Shown: positions 43,034 to 51,255 of the stretch, one piece after another
Layout of the letters: each line of letters begins with the position of its first letter
Numbering within the stretch: the stretch's first letter is position 1
Origin: a virus
DNA length: 64,000 nucleotides
Reading direction: 5' to 3' (one strand)
Virus record (IMG/VR): IMGVR_UViG_3300034069_000660
Coordinates: 1 to 64,000 of that record
Position numbers and translations under genes: made by a program
The notes under the pieces: generated by a model
The model's database searches: none
Told to the model about the DNA's origin: nothing
What the model saw: only the letters and a program-made list of their open reading frames with translations

Positions 43034-43246
43034 TCAGATCGATGCGATCAGGACCCGCGCACCATACCAGAGCGCGACGACGGCAACCGGCAGATAGACG
43101 AACCGCAGAACGACGCGCTCAACGGGATCGGGAGAATCCGCTCCGCTGTCGTGCATCGGTTGCACATAGCGGCCAATCACGATGACCGTGACGGCGGCGA
43201 TGCCCAACACAACAGCCGCCAGCAACGGGACCGTCGGATCAGCCAT
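43034..43246 (-). CDS. Small membrane protein (70 aa)
   Basis: Start MADPTV overlaps the stop of the 47-aa ORF (ATGGCTGA). Two hydrophobic helices. Confidence 0.45.
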   Translation of the reverse strand: MADPTVPLLAAVVLGIAAVTVIVIGRYVQPMHDSGADSPDPVERVVLRFVYLPVAVVALWYGARVLIASI

Positions 43247-43382
43247 AATGACGGTCATAGAACGCGGTGTCGCGGGCTTCCTGTTCGGTTGCGAACGGCC
43301 CGACGGGCGCACCGGCGAACTGATAGAACCAACCGCTCTTGCGCAGGAAGCGGCGGCGGAAAAAGACATTGGCTTCGGTCAT
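43239..43382 (-). CDS. Small protein (47 aa), DUF6316-like
   Basis: Not in the ORF track. Translation MTEANVFFRRRFLRKSGWFYQFAGAPVGPFATEQEARDTAFYDRHYG. GGAG lies 5 nt upstream of the ATG. Confidence 0.45.
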   Translation of the reverse strand: MTEANVFFRRRFLRKSGWFYQFAGAPVGPFATEQEARDTAFYDRHYG

Positions 43383-43443
43383 GACGAACTCCGTGGTGGG
43401 CGGGCCGTCCGTTTCCCGAATCAGCCCGCCACCCCTATGCGCC

Positions 43444-43460
43444 GCTGCGACGGTCGCAGC
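43444..43460 (-). promoter_or_regulatory. Palindromic operator/promoter element copy 2 (17-bp perfect palindrome GCTGCGAC-G-GTCGCAGC)
   Basis: The minus strand reads CTTGCTGCGACCGTCGCAGCGGCGCATAGGGG. Lies in an 83-nt gap. Confidence 0.5.
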
Positions 43461-43465
43461 AAGCC

Positions 43466-43786
43466 TTATTGTCGCACAGCCTGATCCGCCCGGTCAGCGA
43501 TAGCCTGTGCCTCAATCATCGCGTCGGCGATGCACTCCATTATGGTCGTCGCGTCTCCGGCGTTCAGCACGCCGCCAAGTGACGTGCCGTCGGGATGCTT
43601 GACCTGCAGGATTAGACGCGGTTGGCCTGTCGGCAGTGTCACCACACCCACACCGATCAGGCCGCTTTCGCTGGTGTGCGGCTTACCCGACTGGACGTTG
43701 TGCTGAACCTCGCAACTGATGCCTTCGAGCGTTGGATGCTCGAATATGACGCTGCCGCCGCCGGGCTGGATCACGCCGTCAGTCAT
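43466..43786 (-). CDS. Hypothetical protein (106 aa)
   Basis: ORF track. ATGA overlap with the upstream gene. Confidence 0.5.
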   Translation of the reverse strand: MTDGVIQPGGGSVIFEHPTLEGISCEVQHNVQSGKPHTSESGLIGVGVVTLPTGQPRLILQVKHPDGTSLGGVLNAGDATTIMECIADAMIEAQAIADRADQAVRQ

Positions 43787-44127
43787 GACCGCCTCTTCGC
43801 TTCGGCGACAGCCGTGTGCAACGTAGCGACCGGCCCGGCCGTACGGACCGCCGTGCCCCGCTCGATCTCGACCGTCTCGCCGAACCGGGCGATCGTTTCG
43901 GCAAGGACCTGCTGGTAGTTCTCCACCGTGGCCTCGACCGGGAAGCCGGGCAGCTGTGTGGGGATGACGGCGCGGGCGCGGTCCATCGCGATTCCCAGTT
44001 CGTGCGTCCAGACCGGGTGACCGACGATGGTTTCGGCGGCTTCATAGACCCCGGCCATGCCCTTCACCATGACTGTCCCCGTGGTCAGGGTGGCGAGGGC
44101 GGCGGTGCTGACGGTGGCCTTCGTCAT
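43783..44127 (-). CDS. Hypothetical protein (114 aa)
   Basis: Start is M6 of ORF 43783-44142. ATGA overlap with the upstream gene. Confidence 0.5.
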   Translation of the reverse strand: MTKATVSTAALATLTTGTVMVKGMAGVYEAAETIVGHPVWTHELGIAMDRARAVIPTQLPGFPVEATVENYQQVLAETIARFGETVEIERGTAVRTAGPVATLHTAVAEAKRRS

Positions 44128-44366
44128 GATACCTTCTCCCAAGTTCCCGCCGCGAATTTGATTCGACCGGCACGTCGTTCCCTCTGCAACAGGCGGTCAG
44201 CCGCCCTGCCGACGGTGTACGACTGTCCCGGCAGGTCTTTGACCCCAGCCTTGGCCATGGCGCGACCCACTTCGTTTGCAGTGAAGTTGCCAACCATCAC
44301 AGCCATCCCCGCTTCAACATGGACGGTAGTGACGTCGAAGCCTTGGACCTTGAATACGGCAGTCAT
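44124..44366 (-). CDS. Hypothetical protein (80 aa)
   Basis: ORF track. AAAGGA SD. Confidence 0.5.
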   Translation of the reverse strand: MTAVFKVQGFDVTTVHVEAGMAVMVGNFTANEVGRAMAKAGVKDLPGQSYTVGRAADRLLQRERRAGRIKFAAGTWEKVS

Positions 44367-44402
44367 CAGATCAATCCTTTCACTTCATCAACGTGACGCG
44401 TG

Positions 44403-44606
44403 TTACGAATTATTATTCCGTTCTGTCTTTCGCCCTCCATCGCCGGGCTGGGTGGCGGACCACAGGACGCGACGTGGCTGCCCTGCCCTCCGCTGTCCTA
44501 CGCTATACTGGCCCTTGCGTCCGCAATGGACGCAGACAACGTGACCTGCAAAGTCGGCCAGCGGATGACCGGTTGTCGATGGCTGATGACGCCTGCACGC
44601 TACCAT
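44403..44606 (-). CDS. Hypothetical small Cys/His protein (67 aa)
   Basis: Start is M16 of ORF 44403-44651, overlapping the upstream stop (TAATG). Confidence 0.35.
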   Translation of the reverse strand: MVACRRHQPSTTGHPLADFAGHVVCVHCGRKGQYSVGQRRAGQPRRVLWSATQPGDGGRKTERNNNS

Positions 44607-45280
44607 TACGATTTCCCCTGATAGTACCAGTCGGCATAGGCATCGCACCAATCGCCGCTCGGATTGGCTACCGGCTCGGGCGGCGATCCGAAGCGGTGAC
44701 CCCGCTCCCCCGCCCCATCGCTGCCGATCCCCGCATCCGGTGGCGTCGGGGTGGCGTCTATTTCGTGAGGGACATACGGAGCCGTGGTGCGAATTTCTAA
44801 GTCATTTGCTTCCAGCCACTCCGACATTTGCACCGCCCCCGCCTGTTCGGGCGGTCGCTGGGTGAGGGCTTCACCGTAGCTGGCGAGGAATGCGCCATCC
44901 TGCCACAGCACGCCGATGCCGCCACATTCACGACACCCGCCGCCCGGCTGGCATTTGAAGGTGGCGCTGTACGGATAGTCCTTCGTGGACACATACCCGT
45001 CGACGCCCTCCTGACAGCCGGAGCATGGCGACCAGCATCCGCCATCCTCGTCCATTACTTCGGCGATGCGCGCGGTAAGCCCATCCCCCTCGCGCGACTG
45101 GCTGGCCGCTTCGGTGTCCGCAAAGGCGAGCATGGCGCGGATGGCGGGTTCGGCCCCTACGGCAGGCCAATTGCCTTTGCGCAGATGACCGGAAGACGCG
45201 CGCAACCCCGCGTCTTCGCACGCTTTCGCCAGCACCTCGCGCGCCCTCGCCTCCCTCGCGGCGTCCGTTGCGGGGGTCAT
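44606..45280 (-). CDS. Hypothetical Cys-rich protein (224 aa)
   Basis: ORF track. CSGC and CRECGG motifs. ATGA coupling. Confidence 0.55.
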   Translation of the reverse strand: MTPATDAAREARAREVLAKACEDAGLRASSGHLRKGNWPAVGAEPAIRAMLAFADTEAASQSREGDGLTARIAEVMDEDGGCWSPCSGCQEGVDGYVSTKDYPYSATFKCQPGGGCRECGGIGVLWQDGAFLASYGEALTQRPPEQAGAVQMSEWLEANDLEIRTTAPYVPHEIDATPTPPDAGIGSDGAGERGHRFGSPPEPVANPSGDWCDAYADWYYQGKS

Positions 45281-45819
45281 CGTGCCGACTCCTGTAGGGC
45301 GGCGTGCGCATCCTCGATCAATGGCGGTTCATGTCCAGTCAACCTGACATAGAGGGCATGAGCGCGGCGATAGTCCGACGCCAGCAGGCGAAACTTCGCC
45401 CATTCGCCGTCGGGGACACTCGCTTCGTTCAAATCGCGGGCACAGGCCGCGAACACCATCAAGGCGCGCTCGACCTCGCTGGTACTGGACTCGGGCGTGA
45501 TGCCCTGCGCGATCTCCCGCACCCGGGCTTTGTGTGCGCCTTCCGCCTCGACGCGGGCCAAGTTAGAAGCGTCATAGGCTGCTTGCAGCTGCTGATACGC
45601 TTCGCCGGGCTCGACTTCGGGCGACACCACCGCGACCACGGCATTTCTGTCGCGGGCGGAGTGGGCGCTTTCCCACTCCCCTGCCCGGCGATCCCATTGC
45701 TGGACTTTGATCCGTGCTGGGGTCGGGGTCCCGTATATGCGCCCCATGACATAGCGGTGGAGGAACGTACCGCTGGTCATGATCACGACCTGCCCTGCCT
45801 TCAACTCGATCGCCATCAC
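45277..45819 (-). CDS. Hypothetical protein (180 aa)
   Basis: ORF track. ATGA coupling on both sides. Confidence 0.55.
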   Translation of the reverse strand: MMAIELKAGQVVIMTSGTFLHRYVMGRIYGTPTPARIKVQQWDRRAGEWESAHSARDRNAVVAVVSPEVEPGEAYQQLQAAYDASNLARVEAEGAHKARVREIAQGITPESSTSEVERALMVFAACARDLNEASVPDGEWAKFRLLASDYRRAHALYVRLTGHEPPLIEDAHAALQESAR

Positions 45820-46298
45820 TTCGGTCCTTCCAATTCGGCGGCGTCATGGCCGGCATAGGACGGGGTCCATGCCAGCCATTCGGCGCGGGTCATCAGTCGG
45901 GGGGAACCGGGTTCGAACGGGACGATCGCCAGCCATTCTGCAACCGTGGGGAAGCGTTCCTTGAAACCGGCGTCGTTGTTCTCGATCGCCTTGGCCTCGA
46001 ACGCGGCATAGCGGTCCCGCTGCATCGCCTCCCACGCCGGGCGGTCATAGTCCGCCCAGACGAACGTCGCATCATCGGGCAGGATGGCACTGAACGCCGG
46101 GGCGTAGCCCCTCATGGCGTGGCGATATTCCTTGCCGTCGTGGCTGGTCCCGTAGGGGGTAACCCCGTCGCGGCTGTTCCAGATCATCAGGACAGGATCA
46201 CCCCCCGCTTCGGTCCCGTACTGCATCAACTGGAAGGCCTCGACATGCGCGACGGGGACGGCCCGCGTTGCCCGGTGCAGATCAGCGTGCCGCATCAT
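45816..46298 (-). CDS. Hypothetical protein (160 aa)
   Basis: ORF track. ATGA coupling on both sides. Confidence 0.55.
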   Translation of the reverse strand: MMRHADLHRATRAVPVAHVEAFQLMQYGTEAGGDPVLMIWNSRDGVTPYGTSHDGKEYRHAMRGYAPAFSAILPDDATFVWADYDRPAWEAMQRDRYAAFEAKAIENNDAGFKERFPTVAEWLAIVPFEPGSPRLMTRAEWLAWTPSYAGHDAAELEGPK

Positions 46299-47161
46299 GC
46301 CTCCCCTTCGCCATCTTCTGCTGCAGACACAGCGGAGACGACAGCATCGACTATTTCCCCCAAGCGATGATCGGTGACAAATTCCCCGAGAGGCATCACC
46401 CCGTTTTCATTGCCGAACCCGCCCCATGAACCCGTTCTGACGGCCAACGGCTTGATCGCAGCGATTGCCTTTTTGCGTCGTTCATCGTCCTGACCAAAGG
46501 CAGCGACCGCATAATGCGTCGTGCCCCGATCGAACGCCGCCGACATGGCGCGGATTGCGGTCATGCGGTCGACGGCCATAACGTTGGTCCCGCCGCTGAT
46601 CTGGTCGAGCAACGCCCCCATGTTGCGCTCCCGCTGTTCGGCGATCGGCACGACGCTGCGCGGGTCCGGGGCCTGCGGATCGGGCATGTCGATGGGGGCC
46701 ATGACGCCGCCGGGCCGCAGGGAGACGTATTGCGGATTGGTCGGGGTCGGCTGGAAGCCCCAGCTGCGCAGAAGCTGTTCGATCGCCGGCAGACGCCCGG
46801 GCCAGATCATCGGCTTGCCAAGTGGGCCGTGCACCCGATGCGTCCCGTCGATGTAATCGCGCAGCCAGTCCATCGCGGCCGGCGTCTCCGGGATGATGAC
46901 GGCACCAAGGACCATGATGCGGAAGAACCGGGCGACCAGCTTGGTCAAAACCAATTCGTCGCTGTATTGGCGGGCGTCGGCGAGGACCTGACGGACTGGG
47001 GGGATACCGGGCATATACCAGCCGTCGCGTTCCAGAGCGGCGAGGATATCATCGACCATATCGGGGCCGTACCCATGATCACCGTTGTCGATGAAGTGCA
47101 GCAGGGTCTTCCGCAGATCGGCGGTCTGGACCTCCGGGGCGGGTGCAGGAGTGTCGGGCAT
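46295..47161 (-). CDS. Hypothetical protein (288 aa)
   Basis: Start is M23 of ORF 46295-47227, located 1 nt after the stop of a 49-aa ORF. Confidence 0.55.
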   Translation of the reverse strand: MPDTPAPAPEVQTADLRKTLLHFIDNGDHGYGPDMVDDILAALERDGWYMPGIPPVRQVLADARQYSDELVLTKLVARFFRIMVLGAVIIPETPAAMDWLRDYIDGTHRVHGPLGKPMIWPGRLPAIEQLLRSWGFQPTPTNPQYVSLRPGGVMAPIDMPDPQAPDPRSVVPIAEQRERNMGALLDQISGGTNVMAVDRMTAIRAMSAAFDRGTTHYAVAAFGQDDERRKKAIAAIKPLAVRTGSWGGFGNENGVMPLGEFVTDHRLGEIVDAVVSAVSAAEDGEGEA

Positions 47162-47162
47162 G

Positions 47163-47312
47163 TCAGTCTCCGTGGTGGGTTGCCTGACGATCCCGCCAAT
47201 TCCGTTGCCTGATGCGGGAGAGGACACGACGGCGAAGGGTTTTGCCCTCCGCTATCATGTCCTCTGCCTGTTTCAGGTCTGCCTTGTCGCGGTCCGTCAT
47301 AACGCTGCCCAT
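47163..47312 (-). CDS. Possible small basic protein (49 aa)
   Basis: Not in the ORF track. Translation MGSVMTDRDKADLKQAEDMIAEGKTLRRRVLSRIRQRNWRDRQATHHGD. Confidence 0.3.
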   Translation of the reverse strand: MGSVMTDRDKADLKQAEDMIAEGKTLRRRVLSRIRQRNWRDRQATHHGD

Positions 47313-47340
47313 AGACACCGTTATGTCACGCCGCAATGCG

Positions 47341-47526
47341 TTATTTGGGGAGGGGGGCCAGCGCGCGGCGCGCGGTGTCGCGTTCCTCGACCAGCCGGGC
47401 GATCATCGCCTTCGCCTTCCGATGCCGGCGGCGGAGGTCCAGATGCAGCACGGTCAGCAGGATCGCGGTGCCAAACGAACCAACAATGATCAGCGACACG
47501 ACGATCGCCATGGGGGTGTCGAACAT
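47341..47526 (-). CDS. Small single-pass membrane protein (61 aa)
   Basis: Start is M23 of ORF 47341-47592. One TM helix followed by a basic tail. Confidence 0.45.
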   Translation of the reverse strand: MFDTPMAIVVSLIIVGSFGTAILLTVLHLDLRRRHRKAKAMIARLVEERDTARRALAPLPK

Positions 47527-47539
47527 GGTGGGGTGTCCT

Positions 47540-47707
47540 CTATGGGCGGGCGTAGCAGTCGGCGGTTCCCCATGGGGGCGAAGTCCGGGCACAATCCGGG
47601 GGCGGGGGCATGTAGTGAGGTACGGCCGGGCAGGTGGTCCGGATGCACAGGGCGACCAGCAGGGCGAAGACCATGCCGATCGCGATGCCGATGATGGCTT
47701 CGCGCAT
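47540..47707 (-). CDS. Small single-pass membrane protein (55 aa)
   Basis: Not in the ORF track. Translation MREAIIGIAIGMVFALLVALCIRTTC.... Start overlaps the stop of the 441-aa gene (TGATG). Confidence 0.45.
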   Translation of the reverse strand: MREAIIGIAIGMVFALLVALCIRTTCPAVPHYMPPPPDCARTSPPWGTADCYARP

Positions 47708-49032
47708 CAAATACGATCCTGATCAGTGCGGACGTCGCGATAGGTCAGCCCCAGCGTCGTCGCGATCAGGTCGATCACTGCACCCCGGGCGATCTGATGC
47801 TCCCGGCTGGTTGCGGTCGAACAGCCGTCGAACGACTGCATCAGCACCCGGATCGCTTCGTCGCGCTCTACCTGCCCATAGACCGGGACAGATGCCCAAG
47901 CGTCGAGCCCCTTCCGCGCTACGTCCAGCGGCGTGTCCTTGGCGGTCATCCCCAGCCTTGCCCCGATCCGCATCAGGGACAGGTCATCGGCGGTGACACC
48001 CGGGATCAGGTCTGCGGCAACCGCCGTCTCAATCGTCCTGACGAAGGCGACGGGATCATCGATCCGGTTTTCATCGATATTGATACCGCCGCAGGCACAG
48101 TTCCGACGAACACTTTCGCGGGTTTTGGTCAGCGTCACCGTATCTGACACACGAAGCGCCGCGTCATTACTTGGCAGGCTGGTCGCGACCGCGACGGTGA
48201 CCGGCAGCTGATCAACCTCTGTCAAGCATCGGATCGGGACATGGAGACGTCGGCCGGTGGTGTACGTGGTGCCACCTATCGTCCATTCGACCTGATCGAA
48301 GCCCTCGCCCTGTACCGTCAGGGTGATCCGCCCGTCGAGATCATAGGGGATACCGTTGGCGTCCGCACGGACCATCATCGTCGAGGGACTGACGCACAGC
48401 CAAAGGGGCGGCCTCGTCTTAACCGCCAGCGGCTTTGTCTTCGCCGGCTCCGGCGTTAGGCGCGTCTCCGCCATCCCGGCCGCGTCGAGCCCGGCCCGCA
48501 TCGCGTCCAGCGCCTTCAACCATGCCTCGAACTCGCCGCCTTCCAGCAAGGTATCCCACGGGGCCAGATCGCCATTACGGTGCAGCCCGGCGACGCCTTC
48601 GCTGCTGCCGATCAAATCATCGAGCGACCGGACCAGATCGGACGCCAGTTCGATGACGGTGTCGCGCGGGATATCTTCTCCGGCAAGGAAGTCGGTGATC
48701 CCCCGCGCCATGGCTCTGTTCCGATCCGCCTTGTTGTGCCTTTCCTCCCGTTCCTCTGTCGTCGCGGTCAGGTCACGGGCCTTGGCACGATGACTGTCCT
48801 CATAGGCCCGAAACGTGGCCGTCGCGTCCCGCAGCAGTCGGACCGCCGTCACCGCCCACAGCGGCCCGCCATATTGCGACGCCCCCTTGATCTGCCCGGC
48901 ACCGAATGCCCGCAACACAGTATCGAGGCTGAACACCTCCGGGGTTTGCCCGCCCTGATCGTCTCGAACCCATGCCAATGCAGCCGGGTCGGCTTCGGCG
49001 ATCGTGCGCGCCTGCGCGTGAATGTTGCTCAT
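47707..49032 (-). CDS. Hypothetical protein (441 aa)
   Basis: ORF track. GGAGAA SD upstream. No family recognised. Confidence 0.6.
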   Translation of the reverse strand: MSNIHAQARTIAEADPAALAWVRDDQGGQTPEVFSLDTVLRAFGAGQIKGASQYGGPLWAVTAVRLLRDATATFRAYEDSHRAKARDLTATTEEREERHNKADRNRAMARGITDFLAGEDIPRDTVIELASDLVRSLDDLIGSSEGVAGLHRNGDLAPWDTLLEGGEFEAWLKALDAMRAGLDAAGMAETRLTPEPAKTKPLAVKTRPPLWLCVSPSTMMVRADANGIPYDLDGRITLTVQGEGFDQVEWTIGGTTYTTGRRLHVPIRCLTEVDQLPVTVAVATSLPSNDAALRVSDTVTLTKTRESVRRNCACGGINIDENRIDDPVAFVRTIETAVAADLIPGVTADDLSLMRIGARLGMTAKDTPLDVARKGLDAWASVPVYGQVERDEAIRVLMQSFDGCSTATSREHQIARGAVIDLIATTLGLTYRDVRTDQDRI

Positions 49033-49103
49033 GACGTCGTGTTCTCCTGTCGGATGCCGGCCTTTTTCGCCCGCACGTTGATGATAATTCCCGATCCAGA
49101 GGG

Positions 49104-49592
49104 CTATCGCCCCTTGGGGTATGCCTGCTGTTCGGTGGCACGGGCCGCTAGGCGCTTACCCAGACCTGCCATCAGGTCACGGACTTCTAGACGCTCCTGC
49201 CGTTCCTCTTCCGTTTCATCGGGACGGGGCAGGGGCAGGGGGCGCGGTGCTATGCCTGCCTCCCTCCTACGGCGTTCAAGATCGGGCTCGATGGTCCGAT
49301 AGATCGTGGCGACGATCTTGCTGGGGTGATCTGCCAGTTTCAGCGCGGCGTCGCAGCCCTTGCGGAGAAGGTCGAGCGGGATGCCGTCGAGGGCACGGGC
49401 GGCGGCGTGAAGCCAGAGGGTGCGCTCCCCCTTGGTCATGCCGGCGGGGGCGACCAGCGTCAGACACGGGGTCAGTTCGGTGGCGAGGTCTTCGTCACGC
49501 GCCGGGGCTTGGTCGAAGGGCACGACGCTGTGAGAGGAAGTCGGAAGCGGCGTCAACGGTTGTGGACCTGTCCTGACGATCTGGTTGTCCAT
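49104..49592 (-). CDS. Hypothetical protein (162 aa; overlaps the upstream gene by 98 nt, alternative start 49439)
   Basis: ORF track. Confidence 0.4.
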   Translation of the reverse strand: MDNQIVRTGPQPLTPLPTSSHSVVPFDQAPARDEDLATELTPCLTLVAPAGMTKGERTLWLHAAARALDGIPLDLLRKGCDAALKLADHPSKIVATIYRTIEPDLERRRREAGIAPRPLPLPRPDETEEERQERLEVRDLMAGLGKRLAARATEQQAYPKGR

Positions 49593-50334
49593 TCGATTTT
49601 GCCTCTCTTCGGGCCAGAATGCCGGCCATGGTGGGGGTGTAGTATTTCAGGCTGTGCCGGGGCTTCCGGCGTGACGCGGCGTCCGCTTCCAGCGCCGGGA
49701 TGATCTCTGTGTCGGGATCGAGCCCCATGGTGATCCATTCGCGGACCGCGTCGAGTTGATCCGGGAACCGGGTTGTGTTCGGCATGACGGCAACTCCTGC
49801 GGCACGGGCGAGCCGGGCTGTGAGTTCGCCGATCTGGCCGAACGGGTCCGACACCTGCTTAGGCACGCTTACGCGTTCTTCGTCGTCTATATCTGACTCT
49901 GCTTCTGTATCTGTCGCGCCCGCGTACAGCGGCAACGGCGAAGCATTTGCTTCGTCACTGGCATTGATATCATTGAGCTTTTTCCGTTTCTCGCCGGATT
50001 TATAACCCCCGGTCGAACCGTTTTCGGCGCGTTTCCGCGACGTTTCCGCCGACTTTTCGCGCTCAATCCGGTATCGGGGATTGGAGATCAGGCCGTCGAT
50101 GATATCGATTTTGCCAGCGTCGATCAGCGATTGGCGAAGCTTGTTCCAGAGGCGCACCGACACGTTCAGATGCCCCGCGATCCAGCGTTCGCGATCCGGA
50201 ATGCCGGCATCGCCATCGGTGTCGTACATGAGGTCCAGAAGGGTGGTATAGGCACCGCGTTCTTCAAGGGTCAGCCCCATGTACCCGTTCAGGGCGTCGC
50301 CGTGGTATCGCTTGTGCCAGACGTTGCGTGTCAC
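49495..50334 (-). CDS. DUF1376 (YdaU-like) replication-associated protein
   Basis: N-terminal WHKRYHGDALNGYMGLTLEERGAYTTLLDLMY is typical of DUF1376. Confidence 0.65.
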   Translation of the reverse strand: MTRNVWHKRYHGDALNGYMGLTLEERGAYTTLLDLMYDTDGDAGIPDRERWIAGHLNVSVRLWNKLRQSLIDAGKIDIIDGLISNPRYRIEREKSAETSRKRAENGSTGGYKSGEKRKKLNDINASDEANASPLPLYAGATDTEAESDIDDEERVSVPKQVSDPFGQIGELTARLARAAGVAVMPNTTRFPDQLDAVREWITMGLDPDTEIIPALEADAASRRKPRHSLKYYTPTMAGILARREAKSNGQPDRQDRSTTVDAASDFLSQRRALRPSPGA

Positions 50335-50954
50335 CGCGCACCGTCCCTTTCGAGGGCGGCGTCGATCGCGGCGCGAAGGGCCGGCGGATACTTCGATTTG
50401 GTTTCAGGCTTAGTCTGTTTCACGGGACGGGCCTTCTGCGGCTTTGGCTGCGGTGGCAGCAGCTGTGCGGCCTCTGCGCGCTTCTGCCCCGGAGTAGCCG
50501 GGACGTCGGGTTGCTCGATCGCCTCAATCGTGATTTCGATGCGGGCGGGGTGGCCGTATCTCTTGACGCCGCCACCCTGCACCTGTGCGTCATCGACCCA
50601 TGCCAAGGTATTGAGGGCATCGACGATCAGCTTCTCGATGTTGTCCTTGTCCGGTTTCGAGGTGTGATAGAGGGTGCCGCGCTTGGCGGCCTCTTTCATA
50701 TACTTCGGCCAACTGGACGGAACGGCGAAGACCGCGACGAATTTCAGCATGACGGCGCGGGTGTATGGCTGATGCTTCGGGAACATCGCCTTGAACGTGG
50801 TCGCGACGACCTTCTCCGCTGCCAGCGTATCGGCGGGGGTGTGGACCGACGATATCGCCGTCGGGGTGCCATCGACCTCGACGACCCGCGCGCTGAAACG
50901 CGGGCGGCCCTTGCCCCGGGGTTCGCCGGCTACGGAGAAGGTCAGCCGGTTCAC
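50331..50954 (-). CDS. rusA: RusA-family Holliday junction resolvase with extended basic C-terminus
   Basis: GKGRPRF and KPDKDNIEKLIVDALN..WVDDAQV motifs. Confidence 0.8.
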   Translation of the reverse strand: MNRLTFSVAGEPRGKGRPRFSARVVEVDGTPTAISSVHTPADTLAAEKVVATTFKAMFPKHQPYTRAVMLKFVAVFAVPSSWPKYMKEAAKRGTLYHTSKPDKDNIEKLIVDALNTLAWVDDAQVQGGGVKRYGHPARIEITIEAIEQPDVPATPGQKRAEAAQLLPPQPKPQKARPVKQTKPETKSKYPPALRAAIDAALERDGAR

Positions 50955-51193
50955 GCGGTCTTCGTCTCGACCAGCTTGATCCAGTCGCCGACGATCGTTG
51001 CGTCATTGGCTTCGGCATCGCTGATCTTGATCGCGAACGCATCCTCGATCGCGATGGTGACCTCAACGACGTCGAGGCTATCCGCCCCCAGATCGTCGAT
51101 CAGGCTGGCGGTGTCCGTCACCGTGTCGGCATCCGCAGACAGGTGATCCCTGATGATTTCGCGGACCTGTGCCGCCTTGACGTCGTCTGCCAC
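50951..51193 (-). CDS. Acyl carrier protein (80 aa, GTG start)
   Basis: [22 protein letters not shown] aligns with E. coli AcpP [27 protein letters not shown] SD lies 5 nt upstream of GTG 51193. Confidence 0.85.
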   Translation of the reverse strand: [80 protein letters not shown]

Positions 51194-51255
51194 TGTTCTC
51201 TCCGTGTTGGCCTGATGCCATCCTCGCCGCCGATCGCACCGGCGGTCCGGGGGCA

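Noticed and set aside
49495-49592. The 98-nt overlap between the DUF1376 gene and the next ORF, as a sign of a frameshifted pseudogene.
   Set aside because: This cannot be resolved by eye. An internal start at 49439 removes the overlap, and both ORFs are otherwise intact. Recorded as start-site uncertainty rather than a pseudogene.
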